Positions 18,089 through 26,575 of a stretch of DNA of 64,000 nt are shown here, piece by piece. The stretch is from Pseudonocardiales bacterium (GTDB taxonomy: Bacteria > Actinomycetota > Actinomycetes > Mycobacteriales > Pseudonocardiaceae), in assembly GCA_019247305.1 (NCBI GenBank), contig JAFAPC010000019.1, positions 3,437-67,436 on the forward strand, in the 5' to 3' direction. Made by a program: the position numbers and the translations under genes. The notes beneath the pieces are model-generated. The model had not been told where the DNA came from, ran no database searches, and saw only the letters and a program-made list of their open reading frames with translations. How positions within the stretch are numbered: position 1 is the first letter of the stretch; every line of letters begins with the position of its first letter.

Positions 18089-19699
18089 ATGTCCGATCTC
18101 ATCCGGCCGATGTTGCCGGTGGCGGGGCCGCTGCCGGGTGGGCCCGGCTGCCCGCCCGAGTTCAGCACCGTCGAGTTCCGCTGGGCGTTCGAGTTCAGCT
18201 GGGACGGGATCCGCTGCCTGGCCAGCGCCGAGCCTGACCGGATGCGTCTGTTCAGCGGCACACACCGGGACATCACCGCCAGCTACCCCGAGCTGGCCGC
18301 ATTCGCGGGGCGACGCCGAATGCTGCTAGACGGCAAGATCGTCGCCCTGGACTCCTGCGACCGGCCCAGCTTCGCGCGGCTCGCGCGGCGGATGAACGCG
18401 CCGCGCCCCACGTCGATGCTGCTGCGCCAGGTGCCGGTGAGCTACTACGTGTTCGATCTGCTGAGCCTGGATGGCCGCTGCACCACCGGGCTACCCTACC
18501 AACGCCGTCGGGAGCTGCTGGCGGACCTGGAGCTCACCGGGGAACTCCTGGTGGCCCCACCCTGCTTCCTGGATACCGACGGCCAGACGGTGCTGGACAC
18601 CGCCGCCCAGCACGGCTTACCGGGAGTGATCGCCAAGCGGGTGGATTCGCTTTACCAGCCTGGCCGGTCCCGCAGCTGGGTGCGGACCACGCTGCGGCAG
18701 ACCCAAGAGGTGATCATTGGTGGGTGGGTGGCCGAACGCCGCCGCGCCGCCGGCCTCGGTGCGCTGCTGGTGGGGGTGCCGACCGAGGAGGGTCTGCGAT
18801 ACGTCGGCCAGGTCGGCATCGGTTTCACCGAGCGCAGCCGCCGGGAGTTGCGTGAGCGGTTAACCGAGCTGGCCGCGCCCGCCAGTCCCTTTGCCGACGA
18901 GGTGGTGCCGAGCTCTGATCGGCTGGTGCACTGGGTGGCGCCGCGGCTGTTGGGGGAGGTGGCCTACCAGCACTGGACCCGCCATGGGCGGCTGGGGCAT
19001 TCCAGCTGGCGCGGGCTACGTCCCGGCAAGCATCCGGCGGCGGTGCGCACGCCGGTGGTGCTCAGTGCCCGCGAGGGCGACGACGCGGGAGCGGAGCAGG
19101 AGCTGATCGCCGAGCTGGACCGCGCCGTCGCGCAGGTGCGCGCCGAACTGCGGACGCTGCGCGATCAGATCTCCCCGCACTTTCTGCATAACACGGTCAG
19201 CACCATCGTCGCCCTGATCAGCACCGACCCGTCCCGGGCCCGCGACCTCCTCATCGTTTTCGCCGAGTTCGCCCGGTACTCGCTGCGACGGGCCACGCAG
19301 ACCACGCTGGATGACGAACTGGAGAACATCGAGCGTTACCTGACGCTGCAACGGGCCCGCTTCGGTGCCCGGCTGCAGGTGCAGTTTCAGGTGGTGCCCG
19401 GCGCGCTGCCGGTCGCGCTGCCCTTCCTGGCGCTGCAGCAGCTGGTGGACAACGCGGTGCGCAACGGCATCGAGCGCAAGCAGGTCGGCGGCACCGTCAC
19501 GATCTCCGCTCGCTTGGAGGGGCCGGAGTGCCTGATCACCGTCGCGGACGACGGACCCGGGGAGCAGGACGCTGACCTGCTGGCCACCCTGCAGACGATT
19601 GACGATCAGTTGCACGAGGGGTTCGGCGAGCGCTCCGCCGTGGTAGCCGATCTCGTCCCCGGCAGTGGCACCACCATCTCCCTGCGCGTACCCCGCTGA
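18089..19699 (+). CDS. Chimeric ORF: ATP-dependent DNA ligase (LigD LigDom-like) lacking the motif I lysine, fused to a LytS/YehU-type histidine kinase core (His_kinase + HATPase)
   Basis: Ligase part: PMLPVAG..., motif I reads FEFSWDGIRC (Ser codon at 18197-18199 where Lys is expected), motif III YYVFDLL, ending WRGLRPGKHPAAV. Kinase part: LRDQISPHFLHNTVSTI (H box), LQQLVDNAVRNGIE (N box), ADDGPGE (G1). No TM region and no adjacent response regulator. Confidence 0.7.
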   Translation: MSDLIRPMLPVAGPLPGGPGCPPEFSTVEFRWAFEFSWDGIRCLASAEPDRMRLFSGTHRDITASYPELAAFAGRRRMLLDGKIVALDSCDRPSFARLARRMNAPRPTSMLLRQVPVSYYVFDLLSLDGRCTTGLPYQRRRELLADLELTGELLVAPPCFLDTDGQTVLDTAAQHGLPGVIAKRVDSLYQPGRSRSWVRTTLRQTQEVIIGGWVAERRRAAGLGALLVGVPTEEGLRYVGQVGIGFTERSRRELRERLTELAAPASPFADEVVPSSDRLVHWVAPRLLGEVAYQHWTRHGRLGHSSWRGLRPGKHPAAVRTPVVLSAREGDDAGAEQELIAELDRAVAQVRAELRTLRDQISPHFLHNTVSTIVALISTDPSRARDLLIVFAEFARYSLRRATQTTLDDELENIERYLTLQRARFGARLQVQFQVVPGALPVALPFLALQQLVDNAVRNGIERKQVGGTVTISARLEGPECLITVADDGPGEQDADLLATLQTIDDQLHEGFGERSAVVADLVPGSGTTISLRVPR

Positions 19700-19737
19700 C
19701 CCCACGCCTGACCTCCGCCCGTTCCCTGCCCTGTTAT

Positions 19738-19799
19738 CGCCGAGTTCGACAGGGGAGTCGTCACCTGCGAGCCGGGCAGCGCTGTCGTCGAACTCGGCG
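19738..19799. repeat. REP-like hairpin element, copy A (CGCCGAGTTCGAC-N36-GTCGAACTCGGCG)
   Basis: 13-bp inverted repeat 19738-19750 / 19787-19799, located 39 nt after the stop of the ligase-kinase ORF. Same arms as copies at 36.5 kb and 39.2 kb. Confidence 0.7.
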
Positions 19800-20159
19800 C
19801 CCCGAACGTGCCGAACGTGCTGGCTGATCGGGTGACGTATCCCGCTAACCCGAACGTGACGAGGGTGAGCGGGCGGAATTGGCTCAGGTGCGGAGCTTGA
19901 GTCCCAACCGTGACGCGGATGCGGATCCGAACGCCGTTCCCGCGGGGTATAGACCAGCTGGGACGAGGATCCGACAGCGGTGACCACACGTAGCAATCAC
20001 TCTTTTAGCATAGCTTTGCTGGAACTCGAAAGGGTGGTCTTATTGCGGAAAGTAGTAAAGGAATCGCCCGCGGTTCGGATGCGTTGGACTGTTTGGTGAA
20101 CCACAGCACTCGTGCCGACGAATAGCTGCGACACAGTGGAATGGGAGTAGTCGAATCGG

Positions 20160-21209
20160 ATGGACGCTATGACCACTGTCAGCGACCGGATTGCCGGCTC
20201 AGCCGGCGGTGACCAGCTCGGGCGCGGACTGCGGGACCTGCGGATCTCGGTCACCGACCGGTGCAACTTCCGCTGCTGCTACTGCATGCCGCGGGACGTC
20301 TTCGGCACCGATTTCCCGTTCATGAAGCACGCGGAGCTGCTGTCGTTTGAGGAGATCGCTCGGCTGGCGAAGGTGTTCGCGGGCTTGGGTGTGCGGAAAC
20401 TGCGGCTCACCGGCGGGGAGCCGCTGTTGCGGCATGGCCTGGAGCACCTGGTCGCCCAGCTGGTCGCCATCGACGGGGTGGACGAGGTGGCCCTGACGAC
20501 CAACGGGTCCCTGCTGGCCGCAAAGGCGCAGGTGCTGCGGGAGGCCGGGCTGGCCCGGGTGACGGTGAGCCTGGACTCGCTCGATGCGCCGACGTTTCGG
20601 GCGATGAGCGATGTGAAAATCCCGGTGTCCCGGGTGATGGCGGGGATCGCCGCCGCCGCCGCGGCCGGGCTAACCCCAGTGAAGATCAACACAGTGGTGA
20701 AGCGCGGGGTGAACGACGGTCAGCACATTCTCGATCTCGCTGCGTTCGGGCGGGAGCAGGGGTACACCGTGCGCTTCATCGAGTTCATGGACGTCGGTGC
20801 CAGCAACGGCTGGCGGCTGGACGAGGTCGTCCCGGCGGCGGAGATCGTCACAGCGATCAGTACCAGGTGGCCCCTGGAGCCGGTGGATCCCACCTACCTC
20901 GGCGAGGTGGCCGCTCGGTACCGCTACCTCGACGGGGCCGGCGAGATCGGCGTAATCACCTCGATCACCCAGCCGTTCTGCGGCACCTGCACCCGGGCTC
21001 GACTGTCCGCCAAGGGCGAGTTGTACACCTGCCTGTTCGCCAACCTCGGCCATGACCTGCGCGCCCTGCTGCGCGGCGGTGCCAGCGACGCGGAGATCGA
21101 ACAGCGGATCCAGGGCCTCTGGCAGGGCCGACGTGACCGGTACTCAGCCCAGCGCACCACCGCCACCGTGGGGCTGCCTAAGGTCGAGATGAGTTACATT
21201 GGCGGCTGA
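20160..21209 (+). CDS. moaA: GTP 3',8-cyclase MoaA (radical SAM)
   Basis: LRISVTDRCNFRCCYCMP radical-SAM cluster motif, plus a C-terminal CGTCTRARLSAKGELYTCLF second cluster motif. Confidence 0.9.
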   Translation: MDAMTTVSDRIAGSAGGDQLGRGLRDLRISVTDRCNFRCCYCMPRDVFGTDFPFMKHAELLSFEEIARLAKVFAGLGVRKLRLTGGEPLLRHGLEHLVAQLVAIDGVDEVALTTNGSLLAAKAQVLREAGLARVTVSLDSLDAPTFRAMSDVKIPVSRVMAGIAAAAAAGLTPVKINTVVKRGVNDGQHILDLAAFGREQGYTVRFIEFMDVGASNGWRLDEVVPAAEIVTAISTRWPLEPVDPTYLGEVAARYRYLDGAGEIGVITSITQPFCGTCTRARLSAKGELYTCLFANLGHDLRALLRGGASDAEIEQRIQGLWQGRRDRYSAQRTTATVGLPKVEMSYIGG

Positions 21210-21218
21210 CGCCGCCTT

Positions 21219-21258
21219 GTGAGTGGCGATGCGACCTATAACTCGCATTGCCACTCAC
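21219..21258. repeat. Palindromic element, imperfect copy (gtgagtggcgatgcgacctata / actcgcattgccactcac)
   Basis: 40 bp, related to the perfect palindrome at 23801-23848. Its right arm supplies the last 7 codons and the TAG stop of the - strand aminotransferase. Confidence 0.65.
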
Positions 21259-22294
21259 GCGCCGTGGTCAGCAGGACGTCGTTCTCGAGGGGCGCGCCGA
21301 TGGTGACGCGGGCGCCCTCGCCCGGGAACGGGCGAATCGCGATCTTGTGCTCGAGGCAGTGGTCGGTGAAGGCCGTGGTCTGCTCGCCCAGGGGCAGCCA
21401 GAGGAAGTTGGTCTGCGAGTCCGGCACGGGGTAGCCCATCGCCCGCAGCTCGGCACCGACCCGGTCCCGCTCAGCGGTCACTCCCCGGCAGCGGGCCAAC
21501 AGCTCATCCTCGGCGTCGAGGCTGGCCACAGCGGCGACCTGGGCCAGCGAGTTGACGCTGAACGGCACGGCCACGGTGCGCAGCGCGGCGGCGACCGGCT
21601 CCGGCGCCACGCAGTACCCGACCCGCAGGCCGGCCAGCCCGTAGGCCTTGGAGAAGGTCCGCAGCACCGCGAGGTTGTCCCGGCCGCGGCCCAGCGCCAG
21701 GCCATCGCCCACCGCAGGATCCGTGACGAACTCGTGGTAGGCCTCGTCGAGGGCGACTAAGACACCATCGGGAACCGCGTCGAGGAAGGCGACCAGCTCA
21801 GCGCCCGGCACGGCCGTGCCGGTGGGGTTGTTGGGATTACAGACGAAGACCAGCCGGGTCGCCGGGGTGATCGCCGCGAGCATCGCGGCCAGGTCGTGGC
21901 GGTGGTCGGCGCGCAGCGGCACCGTGCGCTGCCGAACCCCGAGGACCTGGGTGAGGACCGGGTAGGCCTCAAACGAGCGCCAGGCGAAGAGCACCTCATC
22001 GGCCGGCCCGCAGGTGGCCTGCACCAGCTGCTGGCACAGCATCACCGATCCGCAGCCGACAGTGAGCTGGGACGGCGGCACGTCTAACCGGTGCGCGAGG
22101 CGGCTCACCAGAGCGGTTGCCTGGTTGTCCGGGTAACGGTTGACGCCCGCGGCGGCGGCGGAGATCGCCGCGACGACGCTGGGTAACGGGCCGGTGGGCA
22201 CCTCGTTACTGGCCAGTCGCGCCATTCCCGGCACGTGGCGACCGGGGATGTACTCGGCCAACGAGCCGAGATCGTCCCTGGTGCGAGCGGTCAT
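21236..22294 (-). CDS. Histidinol-phosphate/aromatic aminotransferase family (class II PLP aminotransferase)
   Basis: LASNEVPTGPLPSVV...NRYPDNQATAL...VFVCNPNNPTGTAV...RTFSKAYGLAGLRVGY (PLP lysine). Confidence 0.85.
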   Translation of the reverse strand: MTARTRDDLGSLAEYIPGRHVPGMARLASNEVPTGPLPSVVAAISAAAAGVNRYPDNQATALVSRLAHRLDVPPSQLTVGCGSVMLCQQLVQATCGPADEVLFAWRSFEAYPVLTQVLGVRQRTVPLRADHRHDLAAMLAAITPATRLVFVCNPNNPTGTAVPGAELVAFLDAVPDGVLVALDEAYHEFVTDPAVGDGLALGRGRDNLAVLRTFSKAYGLAGLRVGYCVAPEPVAAALRTVAVPFSVNSLAQVAAVASLDAEDELLARCRGVTAERDRVGAELRAMGYPVPDSQTNFLWLPLGEQTTAFTDHCLEHKIAIRPFPGEGARVTIGAPLENDVLLTTAREWQCEL

Positions 22295-22426
22295 CGCAGC
22301 TCCTCCGGGGCGCGCCTGGCGGCGGGTACCACTCAGTACCCGAACGGGTGATTTTTCAAAATCATCTCTGCTGATCCGCTACCATACCCCCTCACCCTAT
22401 GTTCACCGCATGTTCCCCGTCGATGA

Positions 22427-23155
22427 GTGGGTGGGTCCATGACGCAGCGTAGCCTTGAACAGATCCTGCTGGCCGATGGTACTCGGTTGCCCCTGACCAT
22501 CGCTGCCCCAGAATCCGCCATCCGCGGCGGTATCGTCGTCGAGCCGGATGCCCGTGGCGTCACCGACGCCGTCTGGCAGCTCGCCGCCGGGCTAGCCGGT
22601 GACGGGTGGCTGGCCGTGATCCCGCATCTCTACCACCGGGACGGCATCGATGAGCTCCCCGGGGAGTTCCCTGGTGCCGGGGAGACCCTTGGGACGTGCG
22701 TCGAGCGGCTGCGGGTGCACTCCCTGCACGCTGACACCGACGCTGCCTTGGGCTGGCTGGCCCGGCGCGGGGTGAGCGCCGACCGGATCGGCGTGGTGGG
22801 TTTCGGGTTGGGCGGCACCGCAGCGCTCCTCGTCGCCACCCAACATAGTCTTGGTGCCGCGGTGACCATCGACGGGATCGGCGTGGTGGTGCCGGTGTCG
22901 GTGGCGGCGAACTTGCCGACGCTGGTGGACGTGGCACCCGAGCTGCGCTGCCCGTGGCTGGGCATTTACCGCCGGAATGGCGCGGTGCCCGAGGAGGAAG
23001 TGCGCAAGCTGCAAGACGCCGCCCATTCCGCCCAGGTGGCCACCGACCTGGTGCACTGTGCCCTTGATACCGACGGGGCCTTTGATACCGACCGGTCGCT
23101 GGCGCCGGAGGCCTGGGCCCGCACGCTCAACTGGTTCGGCAGTCATCTGCGCTGA
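22427..23155 (+). CDS. Dienelactone hydrolase family protein
   Basis: GGIVVEPDARGVTD...IGVVGFGLGGTAALLVA architecture typical of the DLH family. Confidence 0.7.
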   Translation: MGGSMTQRSLEQILLADGTRLPLTIAAPESAIRGGIVVEPDARGVTDAVWQLAAGLAGDGWLAVIPHLYHRDGIDELPGEFPGAGETLGTCVERLRVHSLHADTDAALGWLARRGVSADRIGVVGFGLGGTAALLVATQHSLGAAVTIDGIGVVVPVSVAANLPTLVDVAPELRCPWLGIYRRNGAVPEEEVRKLQDAAHSAQVATDLVHCALDTDGAFDTDRSLAPEAWARTLNWFGSHLR

Positions 23156-23174
23156 GGTGCGCTACAAACGGGAC

Positions 23175-25109
23175 ATGAGCGAGCCCCGGGTCCTCTGGCG
23201 GCCCGACCCTGCCACCCTCGCCCGCTCCCCGCTGACGGCCTTCCGCAGCTGGCTGGCGTCCACCCGGGGGGTCGTCGTGGCCGACTACGACGAACTGTGG
23301 CGCTGGTCAGTGGCCGACCTGGCGGGGTTCTGGGGGGCCTTCGCCGAGTTCGCCGGGGTCCGCTTCCACACCGCACCCACGCAGGTGCTCACCGACGAAT
23401 CGATGCCCGGGGCGCGGTGGTTTCCCGGCGCGACGCTGAACTACGCCGAGCACGCGCTGGCTCCCGGACCCGGCAAGGGCGACGACGACCTAGCGGTGAT
23501 CTTCCGCCGGGAGGACGGTGCGCGGGATCAGCTGAGCTTCGGGCTGCTGCGTCAGCGGGTGGCCGCGGCGCGCTCGGCCCTGGCCGCCCTCGGTGTCCGC
23601 CGGGGGGACCGGGTGGCCGCGCTGGCGCCGAACTCACCGGACACTGTGGTGACCTTCCTGGCCACCGCCAGCCTGGGCGCCATCTGGTCGTCCTGCTCAC
23701 CGGATTTCGGGCCCCGGGCCGTTGCTGACCGGTTCACCCAGCTTGCCCCCACCGTCCTGCTCACGGTGGACAGCTACCGCTACGGGGGCCGGTCCTTCGG
23801 ACCCGTGAGTGGCGATGCGACCTATAGGTCGCATCGCCACTCACGGGTCGTCCCCTGGGACGACCTCCTCGACCTCCTCGCCGCGCACGCCGGGGCGCCG
23901 TTGGCGTTCGAGGCGGTGGACTTCGACCACCCGCTGTGGGTGCTGTATTCCTCGGGCACCACCGGGGCGCCCAAGGGCATCGTGCAGAGCCACGGCGGGA
24001 TCGTCGTGGAGCACCTCAAGGCGTGGCTGCTGCAGGCTGATCTGCGGCCGGGTCAGCGGGTGTTCTGGTTCACCACCACCGGCTGGATGATGTGGAACCT
24101 GCTGATCAGCGGCCTGCTGGTGGGCGCGACGATCGTGCTCTACGACGGCAGCCCGAGCTATCCCGACCTCGGCGCGCTGTGGCGGCTGGCCGCGCAGGAG
24201 CGCCTCAGCTACTTCGGCACGTCCGCGTCGTTCATCCAGTCCTGTCGCAAAGCCGGCCTGCGGCTGGGCGCGCAGGGCGACCTTAGCGCGCTGCGGGCGA
24301 TCGGCTCGACCGGGGCGCCGCTGCCACCGGAGGGGTTCCGCTGGATCGCCGCCGAACTCGGCCCGCAGGTACAGATCTGCTCAGTATCTGGGGGGACCGA
24401 CCTGTGCACGGCCTTCGTCTGCGCTGCGCCGGACGTGCCGGTCTGGGAAGGCGAGATCTCCTGCCGCGCGCTAGGCGCGGCGGTAGCGGCCCTGGATGAG
24501 GCCGGGACGCCGCTGCTGGACGAGGTGGGCGAACTGGTGATCACCAAGCCGATGCCCTCAATGCCGGTCTGCTTCTGGGCTGACCCGACCGGCGCCCGGC
24601 TGCGCGAGGCCTACTTCGACACCTACCCGGGGCGCTGGCGCCACGGTGACTGGATCAGGATCACCCCGCGGGGCTCGTGCGTGATCTACGGCCGGTCGGA
24701 CGCCACGCTCAACCGCGGTGGGGTACGGATGGGCACCGCCGAGTTCTATGCGGTGCTCGAGGCCCAGCCGGAGGTGCTTGACTCCCTGGTCATCGACACC
24801 TCCGGCCCTCGACAGGACGGCGCTGCTCCGGACGGTGAGCTGCTCTGTTTTCTGGTGCTCGCCCCCGGGGTGTCGCTGCCTGAGCTTGAGCCGCGGTTGC
24901 GGGTGGCGCTGCGGGAAGAGCTGTCACCCCGGCACGTGCCCGATCGGTTCATCGTCATCGAGGAGGTGCCGCGCACGCTCAACGGCAAGAAATGCGAGGT
25001 ACCAGTGAAGAAAATCCTCGCTGGGGCCGATCCCGCGCGCGTGCTCAGTCCCAGTGCGTTGCGCAACCCGGACTCGCTGCGCCCGTTTGTGGCGCTGCGC
25101 GCCCGGTGA
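23175..25109 (+). CDS. acsA: Acetoacetyl-CoA synthetase (acetoacetate-CoA ligase), carrying an in-frame palindromic insertion
   Basis: MSEPRVLWRPDPATLARSPLTAFRSWL..., AMP-binding motif LYSSGTTGAPKGIV, ending ...PRTLNGKKCEVPVKKIL. Confidence 0.85.
   Translation: MSEPRVLWRPDPATLARSPLTAFRSWLASTRGVVVADYDELWRWSVADLAGFWGAFAEFAGVRFHTAPTQVLTDESMPGARWFPGATLNYAEHALAPGPGKGDDDLAVIFRREDGARDQLSFGLLRQRVAAARSALAALGVRRGDRVAALAPNSPDTVVTFLATASLGAIWSSCSPDFGPRAVADRFTQLAPTVLLTVDSYRYGGRSFGPVSGDATYRSHRHSRVVPWDDLLDLLAAHAGAPLAFEAVDFDHPLWVLYSSGTTGAPKGIVQSHGGIVVEHLKAWLLQADLRPGQRVFWFTTTGWMMWNLLISGLLVGATIVLYDGSPSYPDLGALWRLAAQERLSYFGTSASFIQSCRKAGLRLGAQGDLSALRAIGSTGAPLPPEGFRWIAAELGPQVQICSVSGGTDLCTAFVCAAPDVPVWEGEISCRALGAAVAALDEAGTPLLDEVGELVITKPMPSMPVCFWADPTGARLREAYFDTYPGRWRHGDWIRITPRGSCVIYGRSDATLNRGGVRMGTAEFYAVLEAQPEVLDSLVIDTSGPRQDGAAPDGELLCFLVLAPGVSLPELEPRLRVALREELSPRHVPDRFIVIEEVPRTLNGKKCEVPVKKILAGADPARVLSPSALRNPDSLRPFVALRAR
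23801..23848. repeat. Perfect 48-bp palindrome inside acsA coding sequence
   Basis: acccgtgagtggcgatgcgaccta | taggtcgcatcgccactcacgggt. It is 16 codons long so it keeps the frame, and is translated as ~PVSGDATYRSHRHSRV. Confidence 0.85.
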
Positions 25110-25146
25110 GCGGCGCACGGACGTCACGGTGCCGGTGGGGCAGTGA

Positions 25147-26103
25147 TCACGGCGTCTCCTCCTGGAACGGCCGAACGACCAACCCCTTACTGGCCCAGGG
25201 TTCCCGGGGACCCTGGGCGAGCCGCTCCAACCACTGGATCTGCCCCGCGAAGTAGTCCCAGTAGGGGGTGTTGTCGTCGAAGACGAAGATTGGCCCTTCG
25301 GTGCCCCGCTTACCGTGGCCGTAGAGCATCACCCGGCAGCTCCGGTCGATTTTTTCGATGGCGAACGAGCAGGGGAAATTGTAGGTGAAGATCCGCAAAC
25401 CGGCTGAGGGGGTGGTGAGAGACGCCCGCTGTACCCGCTGGGCGGCCGCGAACAACGGGCGCAGAATCTCATGCTTGAAACGGTCCGGGTCCTCCATTTC
25501 GGCTTCGGATGGTTCGATCCGGTACCGATCTCGTCGGGACTCGCAATACGGGTCCATCACATAGAAGGTCACCGGTATTTCATGCGCCTTCGACTCGAAC
25601 AGCGGAAGTATCTCGTCTGAGGTGTAAATGTTGCGGGTGAGGCCGAACATCGAGACCTCCTCGCGCGCGCCGCTGACGCGGGAGACCAGGTCCGCCAGCA
25701 CCTCGGGACCTGTCCTGGGCCACAGGCGGGAGACTCCGGCCCCCCGGAGCGGGTCTGGCCCGGCTGGCACCTCAGGAGTTGCCGGCGTGCGGTGGCCCCG
25801 CAGGTTGTTCGCGGTATCCGAGGAACACGGCTGGAACAGCTCTTCGACGGTGTGCGAAGGGAACATGGATTCTAGGATCTGGCAGGAATCCGGGTAGGGT
25901 AGTCCGCGTAGTTCACCGCGCAGCCATCGATAGAACTGGGCGTGCCCGGGCCAGCTTCCCTTCAGCTGTGGGTCGATGGCCTTCGCCACCTTGTCCCATT
26001 CCCGGGTAAACGTCGAATGCTTCTGCCAATGCCGTGCGCGCAGCAGTGCTTTGAGGAGCGTCGGCTCTCCACCGGCCGTGGTCTCGGTGCCCATGGCGCC
26101 CAC
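25147..26103 (-). CDS. Putative XRE-like HTH regulator with C-terminal DUF5919-like domain
   Basis: N-terminus LLKALLRARHWQKHSTFTREWDKVA (HTH-like). The C-terminal region (VSMFGLTRNIYTS...FYVMDPY...FTYNFPCSFAIEKID) is recalled as DUF5919-type. Assignment is from memory. Confidence 0.55.
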   Translation of the reverse strand: MGAMGTETTAGGEPTLLKALLRARHWQKHSTFTREWDKVAKAIDPQLKGSWPGHAQFYRWLRGELRGLPYPDSCQILESMFPSHTVEELFQPCSSDTANNLRGHRTPATPEVPAGPDPLRGAGVSRLWPRTGPEVLADLVSRVSGAREEVSMFGLTRNIYTSDEILPLFESKAHEIPVTFYVMDPYCESRRDRYRIEPSEAEMEDPDRFKHEILRPLFAAAQRVQRASLTTPSAGLRIFTYNFPCSFAIEKIDRSCRVMLYGHGKRGTEGPIFVFDDNTPYWDYFAGQIQWLERLAQGPREPWASKGLVVRPFQEETP

Positions 26104-26575
26104 GGTAGCACGTCAGTGAGATAGAGAAGAGACCAGGGGGCATCAGGTGATCCCCAGTGGGATCGGAAAGCGCTACCGAGGTCCTGAGTCTCGCTGCGAT
26201 TCTGGGCACCGCGCTTCACCGAATCCGAAAAGCCACCTCACTGGTCTGCCCAGAAGGGAGTCGTGCTGTGACGCTCCGGGGAACTCCCGATGTCCAGTGC
26301 CCCGATGTCCAGTGCACAGTGCTGCGCTCAGGGTCCGCCCGGACATGGGGGCGACCCGCCCACTGATCCCGCGCAGATCCCGGCCGTCCCGCCTTGCCCC
26401 CTGCAGATCCCCCGGGGCGGGACGGCCGGCCCCCCTCCCGGCAGACCCGGGGATCCCCCGATGGCCTCGGCCCCGCCGTGGTCCAGTGTTGCAGCCAGCG
26501 TCACCGGTGTCTACGGTTCGGTGGCGACCTGGGGAAACGATCGGATCACGATGTCTGGGACGTCTCAACCGGCCC

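Noticed and set aside
19990-20159. Relatively AT-rich leader upstream of moaA, considered as a possible Moco riboswitch or other cis-regulatory RNA.
   Set aside because: I could not recognise the conserved Moco-riboswitch helices or loops by eye, and the class is mainly proteobacterial. A covariance-model scan (Rfam/Infernal) would be needed, so it is not reported as a feature.
22977-23174. The 66-codon N-terminal extension of the acsA ORF overlapping the dienelactone hydrolase gene.
   Set aside because: Acetoacetyl-CoA synthetases begin like MSEPRVLWRPD (ATG 23175). The extension is in the 3' end of the upstream gene and has no coding-like composition.
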